A stretch of DNA of 64,000 nt from Eukaryota sp. GEM-RC1 (taxonomy: Eukaryota). Numbering within the stretch: position 1 is the first letter of the stretch; every line of letters starts with the position of its first letter. The notes under the pieces were generated by a model. The model did not search any database. It was not told the DNA's origin and saw nothing but the letters and a program-made list of their open reading frames with translations. Positions 49,801-61,779 of this stretch are shown here, one piece after another. Where the stretch lies: NCBI GenBank assembly GCA_040285855.1, contig JAUFOQ010000003.1, positions 1,922,001 to 1,986,000 on the forward strand, written 5' to 3'. The translations under genes were made by a program, and so were the position numbers.

Positions 49801-52389
49801 AAAGAACAGAAGGCTTTGGCACGGGAAATTCTTGCAGCTGTTCAAAGCAGCAATTCAGTCGAGCCTTCAGTTCCTACCAATGAAATGTTAATCAAATCAG
49901 TCGGAAGTTGTTCTCTTGATGAAGAAAAGATGAATATCCTATATTCGTGGTTATCATCAGTCCAAAATCCAGTGTTTAGCCCAGATGAGTTGACCAAATT
50001 AATGAAAAATTTCAGGAAAGACGACCTTTGTGTACAAGTCCTATTTGAGATTTCTAAATTTTCTGAAACATTTAATGCTGAACAAATGCTAGGATTAATG
50101 AAAGTTTTATCAACTCCAGCTTCTCGATTGAAAGCTTTACCTGTAATTGCTTACAAGTTGGTCTATCATTTTGACTCTGAGCTCGAAACCCTTCACAAAG
50201 TATTCTCTTCCACCATTGACAAAGATGCTGTTTATTCTATCATTGAGTCTTTGTCAATGAAACGACAAGGAGAGTTTCAACCGGGTGAACCAAATATTCC
50301 TGATTTAATTAAAAAACTCAAGCGATGTGCTCAAACTGCTGATAAACATCGCATTGTTCGCTCTGATGTTTTCTCTGTATCTAATGTTTTATTAACGACT
50401 GAAGAATGTATTGCTATCATGGATACTTTCAAGGAGTCAGAAGATCGTACTCAAGCATTTGAAATATTGTCTGCAAATATTCAATCTTTCACTGTTTCTG
50501 ATGTTCCTGAACTTTTACGAATGGTTGCTCGAGATGATGAGTTGAAGGTTGTGGAGATTTGTTCTCCAAAGTTGGTATATTCTTTACCTTTTGACTGTGA
50601 ACCCATTTACAATGCGATTGATAAAGATCAAGATAAGACAACAGCACGATCAATGATCACGTGTCAAGGAGTAGGTATCACTAGTCAAGCTGGTGACGTG
50701 ATCCCAGTGCATCCAACGGTTGATATGCTTTTTGAGGCCTTTGGACATAGTCCTTCAAGTTCAAATGAAGTTCCCACACATCTTTCTCTCGTTAGTTTTG
50801 CTCTCGAAGGCTTGGGTCGAAGGTCTGTGAAAGCTCCAGAAAAGGTTAACGTTTTGAGCTCTTGGTTAGCATCCGTTCCAAATCCTAATTTTACCTTTGA
50901 GGAAGTTGTGAAGTTATTGGAAGATTTCTATGATGATGCTGAAGACGATGTCAAGCAGGGTAACAGACTTGAAGTATTGCAAATGGTCAATGGTATCATG
51001 GAATCACCTCTTTCTGTTGATCAAGTGAAGGAATTATTGAATCTTTTTACAAATCACCAACGTAGAATGAACGCATTGCTTTTAATTGTTGGAAAGGTGG
51101 TTTTCCAAACTTTATGGCAATTGGAAGAAATCATCAGAATGTTCAAAACCTCCACTCATAGGAAGAAGGTTCGTTCAGTTCTCGAATCAATCAAATGTAA
51201 CCAAGATTTTACATTCCAACCAAAACAACCTCAAAAGGTGTCTGAATCTTCTTCTCAGTCTGATATGATTCCATATCTGATCAGCCAGTTCTTCACTGAA
51301 GATGCATCTCAATCTGAACTGTTCAGTGGCCTTGCCTCCCATGTTTCTACTTTTCCAGAGTTCACTTTAACTTCAAAAACTTTCAAAGTGATAATGTCAT
51401 TTTTCACCATTGATGATGAAGTACTGAAAGCCATTGCGTTTCTTTCACCGTTTATACAATCAATTACGATTGATCTTCTTGTGTTTCTCCTTGGTCAGTT
51501 AGGACATGCAGCAAATGATGAAAAGCTGAGAGCCGTAGAAATTTGTGCCGGAAAGTTTGTTTATGATGATTTATACGAACGCGACAAACTTCACGGTTGC
51601 TTTATTTATAATGCAGGCGATAAGGCAATAGAAATCATTGAGTCTCATCGAACAAGTGATGTACCAAGAAAGATAGTTCCTACTCCAACCATGGAAGACC
51701 TAATGGAAGCCATCAAAGAAGCAGTCGATTCCAAAGAACAACTTGTCATTGTGCGTTCTTGGGCTGCGTCAGTACCAAATCCATTGATTTGTGTCAATGA
51801 TTTTGAGGAACTTCTTAGCCACTTCCCTACTGAAAAGGATACAGTTGCTTCTATACTCGGAGATGCTACTTACTTCAGAAAGAGACCTTATCTTCCCAAT
51901 TTCATTGATCGTATCATATACAGTGCAGGAAGTTCCAATGAAAAAATTGTACGTGTTGGTAGACTGTTGGGTCGTGAAAGGAATTTACTCCTTACTCCGT
52001 GGGATTTGGCTGTTCTAGTGTCATGTTTTTCTGAGATTAAGGGCAAAATGAAGCTGATTGAGCTTTGTTCACCTCATCTCGAGTATGAGTGCCGATCAGA
52101 CTGTGATGTAATTTACCAGTGTATTTCGGGTAAAGCAAACAAAGCAATGGCGAAAAAGCTGATGAAATCGTCTAAAGACTCTTCTGCTTTGGAAACGTTT
52201 GTCGATAACTGGGATAAAGACGATGCTCAGTTTTGGAACATGAATCCCAAGGATCTCCGCTTTCAGTTTATGGTTTTAACCGAAGCTGAATTTTGGGCAT
52301 GGTTGAAAACTTTCCATTTCGATGAAATGCGTGATCGTGCTTATCAACAGTTGATTACAAAAATCATCCCTCCGCCGAGTTGGGCGTGA
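46895..52389 (+). CDS. CANX: Calnexin (lectin domain, P domain, TM) fused in frame to ~1300 aa of DUF4476-like helical repeats; indel near 47550
   Basis: Signal peptide, LVLQYEVR, CAGTYMKLL, IMFGPDVCG, THLYTLI, IPDP..KPDDW and NPDY.G repeats, TM at about 48140-48195. No stop codon before the repeat region. Confidence 0.85.
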
Positions 52390-52536
52390 TAACGTGATTG
52401 ATGGCTTTTTTTGTATATAAAAATATTTTTTGAATTGTTATGAGTCCATCAAGTGCAATAGCGTTACACTTGAACAAAACACTTGTTGTTTTCTTTAAGG
52501 AGTTTGTTATATCAGTTACCTTTAGATCTTTAGAGA

Positions 52537-53070
52537 CAGGAGCCGGCTGGTATTATTTCCAGCTGCAATCCGGCCGGCTCAAATATATTTAGCCGGCCCA
52601 AGCCGATTATTGAAGATTCTTCAGCATAAATCAACATCGATTCATGAATTGATTCAAACAGAACATCGCATGTAACACTTATGAAAATTAAAACATTATA
52701 GGGGTCTTTTTCTTCATCATTCGCCCAACAAGAGAATTCATGATTGGCCAGACTGCTTGTTCCACTTCAATTTACAATGAATGTATCTGTGATCTCAGTG
52801 AAGAACCTGTGGAAGAACCTCAAAGCTCCACCTTTAACGACTTAGTTTACAGAAAGTTCTAATACATAAGGTCCCTAAAACTTAAGAAAAGTTTGAGTTT
52901 TGGGCAGTCCTCGAAAATTGGATCTAAATCAGAAGTATTAATAAATTATATTTGAAAAGGTATACTTACTGGCAGTAAAACCAAACAACTTCAGAAGCTT
53001 AAGATTTTCGACCATACTTGGGCTGTCAAGTTGGGCATAACACACTTTTGATAACTGTCATGACGTCATG
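52537..53070 (-). pseudogene. Degraded, probably transposon-related remnant
   Basis: GCCGG-rich block starting CAGGAGCCGG; broken minus-strand reading frame with a GTAAGT...TTTAG intron-like segment (52924-52969). Confidence 0.3.
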
Positions 53071-53577
53071 ACATAGTGCCAAGATGACCCCGTTCTTGAT
53101 GACAAATTGTGTTTTGATAGTAATCACAAAATGACATCGTTTTAGCTTGGCATCATAATTTTTTAAAAGAAAATTGATTGACGAAGGGAACAAAATTACA
53201 TTTCATAATAAAAGCTAAAATGACATTTTATTTTTCATTCTATTACTCTTTTTAATCTAAATGTAATTGATCAAACAAATAAAACTTGATAGCATCAAAA
53301 CAACACCCATCGTCATCAATTCTTACAACAGCTTTGTCTTCATAAAAGAAACTCCCAGCTAATAGAGCTTTGGAGATGATTAGGCGAATTGTTTTAAAAA
53401 TAGTAAAAACGACCCGATTCAATCATTTCATATGATCAAAACGTATGTTCATCCATTTTTACGATTTTTCCGAAATCGTTTTAAAAAATTAATGTACTTT
53501 TTCCTAAACGTCAGCAGATTGAAACCGAAAAGGGCATAATTCGTATTCAACATGTTTTACATGTTTTAAAGCCATAA

Positions 53578-56500
53578 ATGGTTTCTTGTACTTATCCTGT
53601 TTGGCTTGTTCAGAAATTTCTAAAGGTGAAGTTTCAAAGTAAGCATTCTTTAGAGATATCTTTTGCAAACACCCACTGACAATACATCGACAACAAACAA
53701 TTGGTCTGAAGAAGAAGAAGAAGGGACAACAACATCTGCTCTCCGTTTGCGGATTTATTACAAGAGTATCTTAAACTACACCTATTTCTGAATAGATACC
53801 TTGTTCCAACTGTCAAAGATTCAAGATATACTGTACTCAATAATGTCAAACAGCTTCAGAATCGCAGTGGTCAACAGCCCATCCATTATTCCTAAAACTG
53901 GATGGAAGAAGCAAACATCAGCCGTACAAACACCCGCAATCTCAAGATTGTTAGCTCAATGTACATTGGCAACAAAGCTATTCCAACCTACATCACAGAA
54001 CATGTCCAATTCCGCTTCAACAACGCCTAATTCAACCAGAGACAATGAAGAAACAGACGAAATTCAGAATGCCTCAGCGTCAGGCAATCAAACATTTGCA
54101 GAGCCACACGCAGATATTGATAATGTTAATCATGATACAAACGAAACAATTTCATTGAAACTGACAAAAACTGTGGAGTCTTCGTCTAAGACTCCCTCTC
54201 ACTTCTCGTCGCCTGAATATGAACGTACACCTGGTGAAGGACTAGGTGATCTCTTTACTTCCGAGGAACCAATTCCTTTTGTTCCTGGAACTACTTATCT
54301 TAAGACACCTGTGGCCAAACTTAGATTACGCGCATTTAACTCACTTCATTTCTCCCCTGTTGATGCTGAATCTGCCAGTCAGTCTTTTATAAATATCAAT
54401 TCTTCAGATCACTCACTCCTCCCAAACGAACTTCCTCTCAATAATATCCCCAGAAACCGGCGACCTCTTATTGAACTCCACAACAAGCTACTTCAACTGA
54501 ATTTTAAAGGTATTTCCCACGATCCTTCCCTACAACTTCCCTCTCTAGACATCATTGACTCCAGATCAGCTGTTCAGCAAATGGATCAAGCAAACACAAC
54601 ATGTTTTACCAGGTTTATCATCATTGGAATTAATTGAAATACGCAAAATCGTTCTAGAAAAGGTTTTACAACATTCATTTTATCTTACCTTTACTACTGA
54701 CATTGATCACTACTTATCAGTGTCATCTTCCAAGCCCAAGATCTCCACAAATGCAGGCAAATATTCTGTATTTCTTGCTCTTTGTAGACTCATCACTTTA
54801 TGTGAACTACAATCCTTTGTAGCCTCGGAGTTCTCTCTTTTTGAAGCTCATTCTTCTTCTGCACAACTTCACCAAGACAGCTGTTGGCTACGTTCGGAGA
54901 TCCTTCGATGTTTGTATGCACCTGATAATACTTTCCTTTCCGTCCCTGTAGTCTGTCACGTGTCCTTGATTGAAGACTCGTTGATTTCATTGGCTGTTGC
55001 TGAGCCTCTTATGTTTGCAACACGTTTCACAAGAGCTTCGTTACTTGACTGGATGAACTATGCTGATTACACAATCAATTCAGTGTCTTCAAAACTGGAA
55101 GGTGATGACGTGTTTGAACAAGAGTTTGTGTTGTACAGCAACTGCATCTCTCAATTATGTTCAATTGCCAAAGAATTGCCGTCTTTTCTTCATCTCATCG
55201 ACAATGACGTGATTGATTTGATTGAATCTAGAAAGTTCTTTGATAGCATCGTAAAAGGTGTCACTAATTTATTGAGGAATGTTCTACTTTTACCAGATCT
55301 TTATTTCATTTCAAAAGATGTTCTATTTGACCTTGGTTCTTTAATCTACGTTTCTTTTCTAATTCACCTAGTGCTTTAACCCATTTGTTACCAAAACTTT
55401 CTAGTATTTTGTTAACTTTGTTTAATTGTTCAATTGAAGACTTTGAAGAAGTAAATCCTGATTGTTCTTTGAGGGTCATTGTTCCCAAGGCTCAATCAAG
55501 AAATCAATCAAAGGGTTCAAATCAATCACATGTGATAGCCTCTGAACGTATGGTTGATTGCAAATCCACCATCTTTACTAAATGTTTTGACCTTCTATCC
55601 CTGCCTTCATCTACTTCCAACCCTGCACTGTCTTCAACTCTAGGAAATGTACTGGCCTTGGTGTCATTTTTTTCAAAAGACTTTTACCGTAGTTTCATGT
55701 TGGCAAGTGAAAACATTCTGCGGTCGGAACGTCATCCATTACAATCAGATCCCAATCAAGATCTGATTTCTCTTCATATTTTAATCACATCGAAGGTAAT
55801 GGAAGGTGTTGACGTTTTGATTGATTTCCTTGATTTAATCATTAGAACCAATGTTTTCCCAGAGATTTCAAATGACAGGTTGATAACATGTCTTGCTCAA
55901 GACTCCTCCAAAATTTCAATATTATCCAAATATTTGTGTCTAACGAAGTCCTATCATCCTTTACATAATTATATTGGACTGTTTGCGCTTCAATTACAAG
56001 AAGTTCATGGTATTTTGTTGAGTAATAACATTTGTGAGAACCAAAAGTTATCACATTTATTGACAATTTCCGCTAATGATTCCCCTTCTACTAGCAATGC
56101 CAAAAATCTTCTTGCTGAATCATTTCTGACCGAGCTTTTGGGTCTGTTGAAAAATAATTTTAATGATGAAACTATTTTGATAATGTGTGGCTCGCGGCTT
56201 TTAAAAGCAGCCGAACTTTTTAAGAAAGTGTCATTATCGAAATGTAATGGTGATTTAGATAGTGTTTCATCTTTCTTTTCATCATGTCAATTTGTTTGTC
56301 GGCAAATTTTGAAAATTTTGAATGATTATCAACAATCTAAAACAGTGAGTAATCCAGCAGTTTTGTTGTTACACAAAAAGTTTTCAAAATTGAGTGATCA
56401 AATATTCACCAAATTTTGTGATTATGCTGTACATCAATTACAAACTTTGACCTTCAATTTTCTTAACGAACATGACTCTCTTAGTAAAGTCTTTTTCAAC

Positions 56501-59500
56501 AAAATATTTCAATTATTTGAATTTTGTTTAACAAACCGCCCACTATCAATCACTCCGGTTCATCCTACAATTAAAATATTAGCAAATCAAATATTTACGC
56601 TAGACTTTTCAATTATTGAGCCTTTTTATACTGAACAAGTTCAAACTTTCTACAGCTGGATATCCTCTTTATTCTCAGAAAATCTTCTCCCACAACATGA
56701 TGTTGATCAAGATTCTCTTCTCCAACTGTTGTCTTCTTGGAAAGTTGTTCCAAGAGAATCTATTGTCTCTTTTTTCAGTGATAATCCTGTTGTTTTCTAT
56801 GTCTTAGTTGATGTGAGTTACCGTCAGGCTGAGAAGAATCCTGAAGATTCTTGCAGCATTGCAGCTAATCTGTTGGTTCTTAGTTCATATTTCAATTTTT
56901 CAAAATCTGAAATTAATCACATTTTTAGACTTTTTACATATTCCCTTTTCAAGTGCCCACATCTTTGCCATTTACCCGGTCAAATCTTGTCATGCCTACC
57001 TCCCCACTCAACGTCTCGATTTATTTCGAGTTTTTTAAATTCTTACACTAATTCATCTGAATTATCGTGCTTGAAATCTCGTTCTTCGCTTAATCAAATG
57101 CTAAGCTCTGAGACTTATACTTTGCATAGTTTACTGAATTATGCAAATAATTTCAAAAATCTTGGCTTTCCTTCTTTCAAATAGAAACTCTTTTTACTTG
57201 TCTGGAACTTCTTTCCAAATCTAATCTTGATGACGTTGGGGTCAGAAACAATGCAACATTCATCTACCATCAGATTGCTATTGCTCTTCATGAACCTTCT
57301 TCATTAACTGTCGAATGTAAAATTTCAAATTTTGTTGAGTTACTCAATTTTTCAAAAAACAATTCGTTTCTTCTCGGATCACGTCAACTTTCCTCTTTGG
57401 TCGATGATTTAGAAGAGTGTTGTCATTTGTTTGATAAACTTCAAGGAGGAACGGAGTTTTCGAAATCAAAATATTTCGAAATATTTCATCAGTTGTCTTT
57501 TCAATTTTGTTCTGAATTTTGTAAACTTTTGGACATCCCTTCAGTTTCAGATATATGTAGCTGTCCTATCACTGAGCTCTTTTCTAGAGCAATCAAGAAT
57601 CGTCGACAAGTTTACAAACTACTACTCGAATTTCCCTTTATATTACCGTTACTGAAATCGTTGAGCTCGAAATTTTTCAAAAAATTTAATTATTCAACCT
57701 GTACTCGATTGGATTCAATATCGTTAGTTTTGACATTTCTGTTCTTCCCAGAAAATGAACGTCTGCTCACCGAATGTTTTGAAAATTTTAAAAAATCTAC
57801 ACTTTGTTGTGGTTCTACCATTAGAAATTTCTCTAGAATTGTTGAAGAACTAGATATCTACTTTTCTGCAATCCCAGATGACCACGAGAAAGTCAAGCTC
57901 TTTCTTACGACCCAATCACGTCATCTATCACGTCAAGTCAAACGAAGAGACTCAAATTTTCAAATATTCTCCGTTTACGCCCTGTACATCTTAGTTCTCT
58001 CTCTCTTCATCTATATCGGACCCTCTTTAGCACAGATTGTTGATCTTTGGAATATTCACTTTGTTGTCTTTGTATTCGGAGCATTTGTCCTTGAAAACAT
58101 GTTTCTTCTCATCCAAATCATCTCTGTCCACTGGCCATTAGCTCCGTCCAATGCTCCAGCCTATCAAAAGAAGTTCTTACAAGAACGTGTCCACCATTTA
58201 GCTAACGTATCTCTTCTAATTCCTTGTCATCGGTCAGCTTCTAGCATCTCTGTAACTCTAAGACACGCTCTCCAAGTCTTTCCAGCCAAGAATATCTTTG
58301 TTTGTGACAATGGTAATAGTGTTCAACCACTAGATGATACCAGAAGGGTTGTTGCTGAAATTGATGGGGATGTTAACTATGTATGGGTACCAGAGGGGTC
58401 TAAAACAGTCGCAATCTATCAAGTAGCTCAAAATCAAGTGACCACTGATTTTATAGTGACTGTCGATGATGACGTTTTGTTGCCTTCTGATTTTGATCTT
58501 GATACATCCCAATTCGATCATGAAACCAAAGCGATTGCAATCGCGATTTCTGCCTCCAATACACAGACTCAAACTGGTTCTTTTCTTAGAGTGGCAGAGT
58601 TTCAAAGTATTGAATACATTTCAGCAGGATTTGCCAAGCTTTTCCAATCAATGTGTGGTAGTTCTTTGTTTTGCCACGGAGCCATTGCTGCTTGGGAAAA
58701 GAAGACTTTCCTGGAAGTATTGCGTAGACATAACTGTGTATTTAGAGGCGAGGATCTTCAATCTGGGTTAATTCTACATGAAATGAGAAAGAACTACAGA
58801 ATTTCTTGTTCCGCTGAGTCAGTTGTCCTCACTACTGTTCCCAATCATTGGTTTTGCAAACAACTTTTACAATGTCAATGCTCTGAAGCCTCACTGCTCA
58901 AACAACGTGTCAACTCTTGGGACGCTGGCAGTCATCGTCTTATTTGGAGAATGTTGGCGCAACTGTTGTTCATTTGGTCTCGTAATAGTTTGATTCTGAA
59001 ACCTTTCTTACTTTACGAGTTCTACACAGTTTTACTTGACTATGCTAAGGTTTTCTTCTTGTGGTATATTATTTGGTTCGATCCCGTCCCAATACTGTTG
59101 GGTCTTGGTCTTTCTTACTTGTTTTATACTGCTCTAATCATAGTTTTCAATTACTATACTCTCAGACATCGGTCTGATCTGCAGTTTCGTTTGTCTACAA
59201 TTCTGTTATTCCCATTCTACAGATTTATTCTTCAATTCTTCCGTATTTGGGGAATGCTGTACAACCTCCTAATCTACACTCCTTTTCATCGTAACTCTGA
59301 GCTCATCTCCCATAGGAATGATCTTCCAGTTGATTACATTCCTTCCTCATCTTCTGTATTTTGTCCTTCGGCTATTCAGTCTGCTGTGTTGCTGGGAGAT
59401 GATTATCTGGAGGCAGAAACAGTGGAGGATGTTGTAGATCGAAAGAAGAAGCAATTGGGGAAAGCTGTGGAACTTTCTGATGTTGAAACAATTCGTGTTA

Positions 59501-60306
59501 TTCTGTCGGGATCAAATTTGAATTTTGACATGTTTCCAAATCCGTCGTTTTCATTTGATTTTCTTCAAGGGAATGAGCAGTCTTCTGCTTTTTATATTGG
59601 TTTAGTTGTTTGCTCTTTGATATTTCGACTGAATTCAAAAATTGTAAAAGTTGTTAAATTTCTTGCTCATGAAGATTTCATCAATCACTCTCCAATAGCC
59701 TTCGTTTCTTCTAAATTATTTCAATTATTGAAAATTTTGAATCCCATTCAATGTGCATCTACAGATATTCTTCCAGTTTTACCAATTAATCATGTTTCTG
59801 ATTCAGACTTACTAATTCTTGGCGGAAAACCTCTCTTTTTATCAACGATGTCACTTCCCTTTACTTTGCTGATTGTTCCTTTGCAACTAGGATCATCACT
59901 TGAAGAGTGCAACGGTTTTGGATTGATCTTTATTAATCAAATGGCGAAAACTATAGTGGTTTCTTGCTGTAAACCTAGTCTCGCAATGACTTTGAAAATT
60001 CTTGGACAGAAGTTCAAACATCTCTCGAAATTTAAAATTGTTGATCTCATGGATCAAGATGTTTCCATTGAGACTATTGCTACAGAATCTCAGTCTTTTT
60101 CGTTAAAAACAATTAATCTTCAAGATCTAACCCACTTAAACCATGTCAAGCTAGAACGAGGGTCTGACTTGTTGTGTTTTCTTTTGAGATGTCGCTTGTA
60201 CTCTATATCTAGCACTGAAAAGTATCTTATACCGTCTAGTGTTTTTAAAGAGGATTGTTTTATTGGACTTACAGGTATTGCAACTGAGTCGTTTTGTGTT
60301 TTGTGA
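53578..60306 (+). CDS. Giant (~2200 aa) protein with a C-terminal membrane-embedded GT2 (processive polysaccharide synthase-like) domain; 5' structure uncertain
   Basis: LLIPCH, FVCDNG, GSKT, VTVDDDVLL, FQSIEY, HGAIAAW, GEDL and QRVNSWD with flanking TM helices. The GT2 frame is open from 57151 with no ATG until 58099, and upstream ORFs overlap it at homopolymers. Probable 30-nt intron at 53766..53795. Confidence 0.7.
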
Positions 60307-60749
60307 TAAAGATTTAGATTTTGTTACAGTTTCAGTGGGCTTATCTTAGTTTTAGTTTCTAAACAATAACTATAAACACTGTTACAAATGGATCAAGATT
60401 TTCGACTTTTAAGTAAAAAGGGATGAGGTTCCAGAGTTTAACATCAAAAAAAAGTTTATCGATGAAGAAGTCTAACATTTGTTGATAAAACCGAAGATAC
60501 TTGCAGACTTAGGCTAGTATAAATAGGAATATATCCCAAATGCATATGAAATCTTTCAACTAAAAATCTTAAGTAGATTGATTACATTAGAACGTGTTTG
60601 TGTTTGCAGTACAGAATCTGTAACACGGATTAACTGTAAGAATAATCTTAATTACAGATTAATATTATAGCTGCCCATTAAATCATAACACTCTGTAACG
60701 ACGAAAGACAAACTACCAATTTTAAGTGAGGAGCTAAGATAAATTGAAC

Positions 60750-61181
60750 AAGTGTTTCACGAAACTTGTGAAAATTCCTGTGGAAACACGTTTACGTTTT
60801 CGAAACGTCATTTTATGGTTCTACATTTGAATTTTTATCAGTTCTATGATATGTGTGCAGGTGTTATACAGTATATGTTTTACTTCCCAATGTTATGAAA
60901 TTGAGACAGAAAATTTAGATCACAAACTACAGTTATGCCAGCAAATGTTTTTCTATTTAGTGTTTGCTATTGAGCAAACAACTTTATTGATAACATTCAA
61001 ATAAAGACCATTACAGTACAATAAACGGAACATACTATACTTTTCAACAAATTAACGGTAATCATCAAGTTTTTCAAACTTTTATTGACGTTTCGGATGC
61101 GTTTCCTCTGAGTCATTTACGTTTCTGAAACGTTTCGGAAACTCAAACGTTGGAAACGCCGAAACGTTTTGTGCAACACTT
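60750..61181. mobile_element. Degenerate MITE with GAAACG subterminal repeats
   Basis: Imperfect TIR AAGTGTTTCACGAAAC / AAGTGTTGCACAAAAC; flanks AAATTGAA and AAATTCAT resemble a decayed 8-bp TSD. Confidence 0.55.
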
Positions 61182-61284
61182 AAATTCATTCTAACCTTTT
61201 ATATTAGTTTTCCTCAGTCGGGTTTCTCATTTGTTGATCAGATATCTGAATGTTGCTTCTTGCATAGGATCTTAAGCCTTACTT

Positions 61285-61707
61285 ATGACAGTGCTTAATC
61301 GAATTTGTGTATATGGTGTTGCTGGTTGGATTTTGGAAGTCCTGTACACTGGCATTTGGAGTCTCATTGGTGGAGATCTTACACTGAGGTCAACTACATA
61401 CCTTTACATGTTCTTTGTCTATGGTCTTGGAGCTCTACTATTAGAACAACTCGCAATACGCATAGTCAAACTAAAGCTGCCAGTTCGCGCCATAATTTGG
61501 TTGTGCTTCATTTGGACGATAGAATTCAGTGGCGCTATGATCATCAAGCTCATTACTGGCAAAATTCCTTGGCATTACACTTCAAAGTATAACTTCTTGG
61601 GCGCTATTCGGTTCTCGATGGTTCTGGAATGGATGGCTGTTGGCATGGTATTCGAGAATTATCACAAACGATTGATTGGACTGTTTTCAAATGAGAAGAA
61701 CACGTGA
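61285..61707 (+). CDS. Small 4-TM protein of the CmpB/DUF1113/TMEM229-like family
   Basis: YGVAGWILEVLYTG, TYLYMFFVYG, IEFSG, PWHY and GAIR motifs. Confidence 0.75.
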   Translation: MTVLNRICVYGVAGWILEVLYTGIWSLIGGDLTLRSTTYLYMFFVYGLGALLLEQLAIRIVKLKLPVRAIIWLCFIWTIEFSGAMIIKLITGKIPWHYTSKYNFLGAIRFSMVLEWMAVGMVFENYHKRLIGLFSNEKNT

Positions 61708-61779
61708 CAGTCATCAGATCAATCAAGTAATAAAAAATGAGATCAATACAAATTTTTATAAACACATAATCCTTGATAG

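Noticed and set aside
52962..52975. U1 snRNA-like 5' end ATACTTAC-TGGCAG
   Set aside because: No U1 stem-loops or Sm site are recognisable downstream; better read as a minus-strand donor GTAAGTAT.
2279..53791. Stop-codon reassignment (in-frame TAG at 2279, TGA at 53789)
   Set aside because: Both stops fall within plausible 30-nt GT-AG introns, and TAA, TAG and TGA all terminate genes in this window.
55346..55371. CT-AG (Giardia-like) 26-nt intron
   Set aside because: The downstream frame is already open from 55331, so one missing T explains the break.
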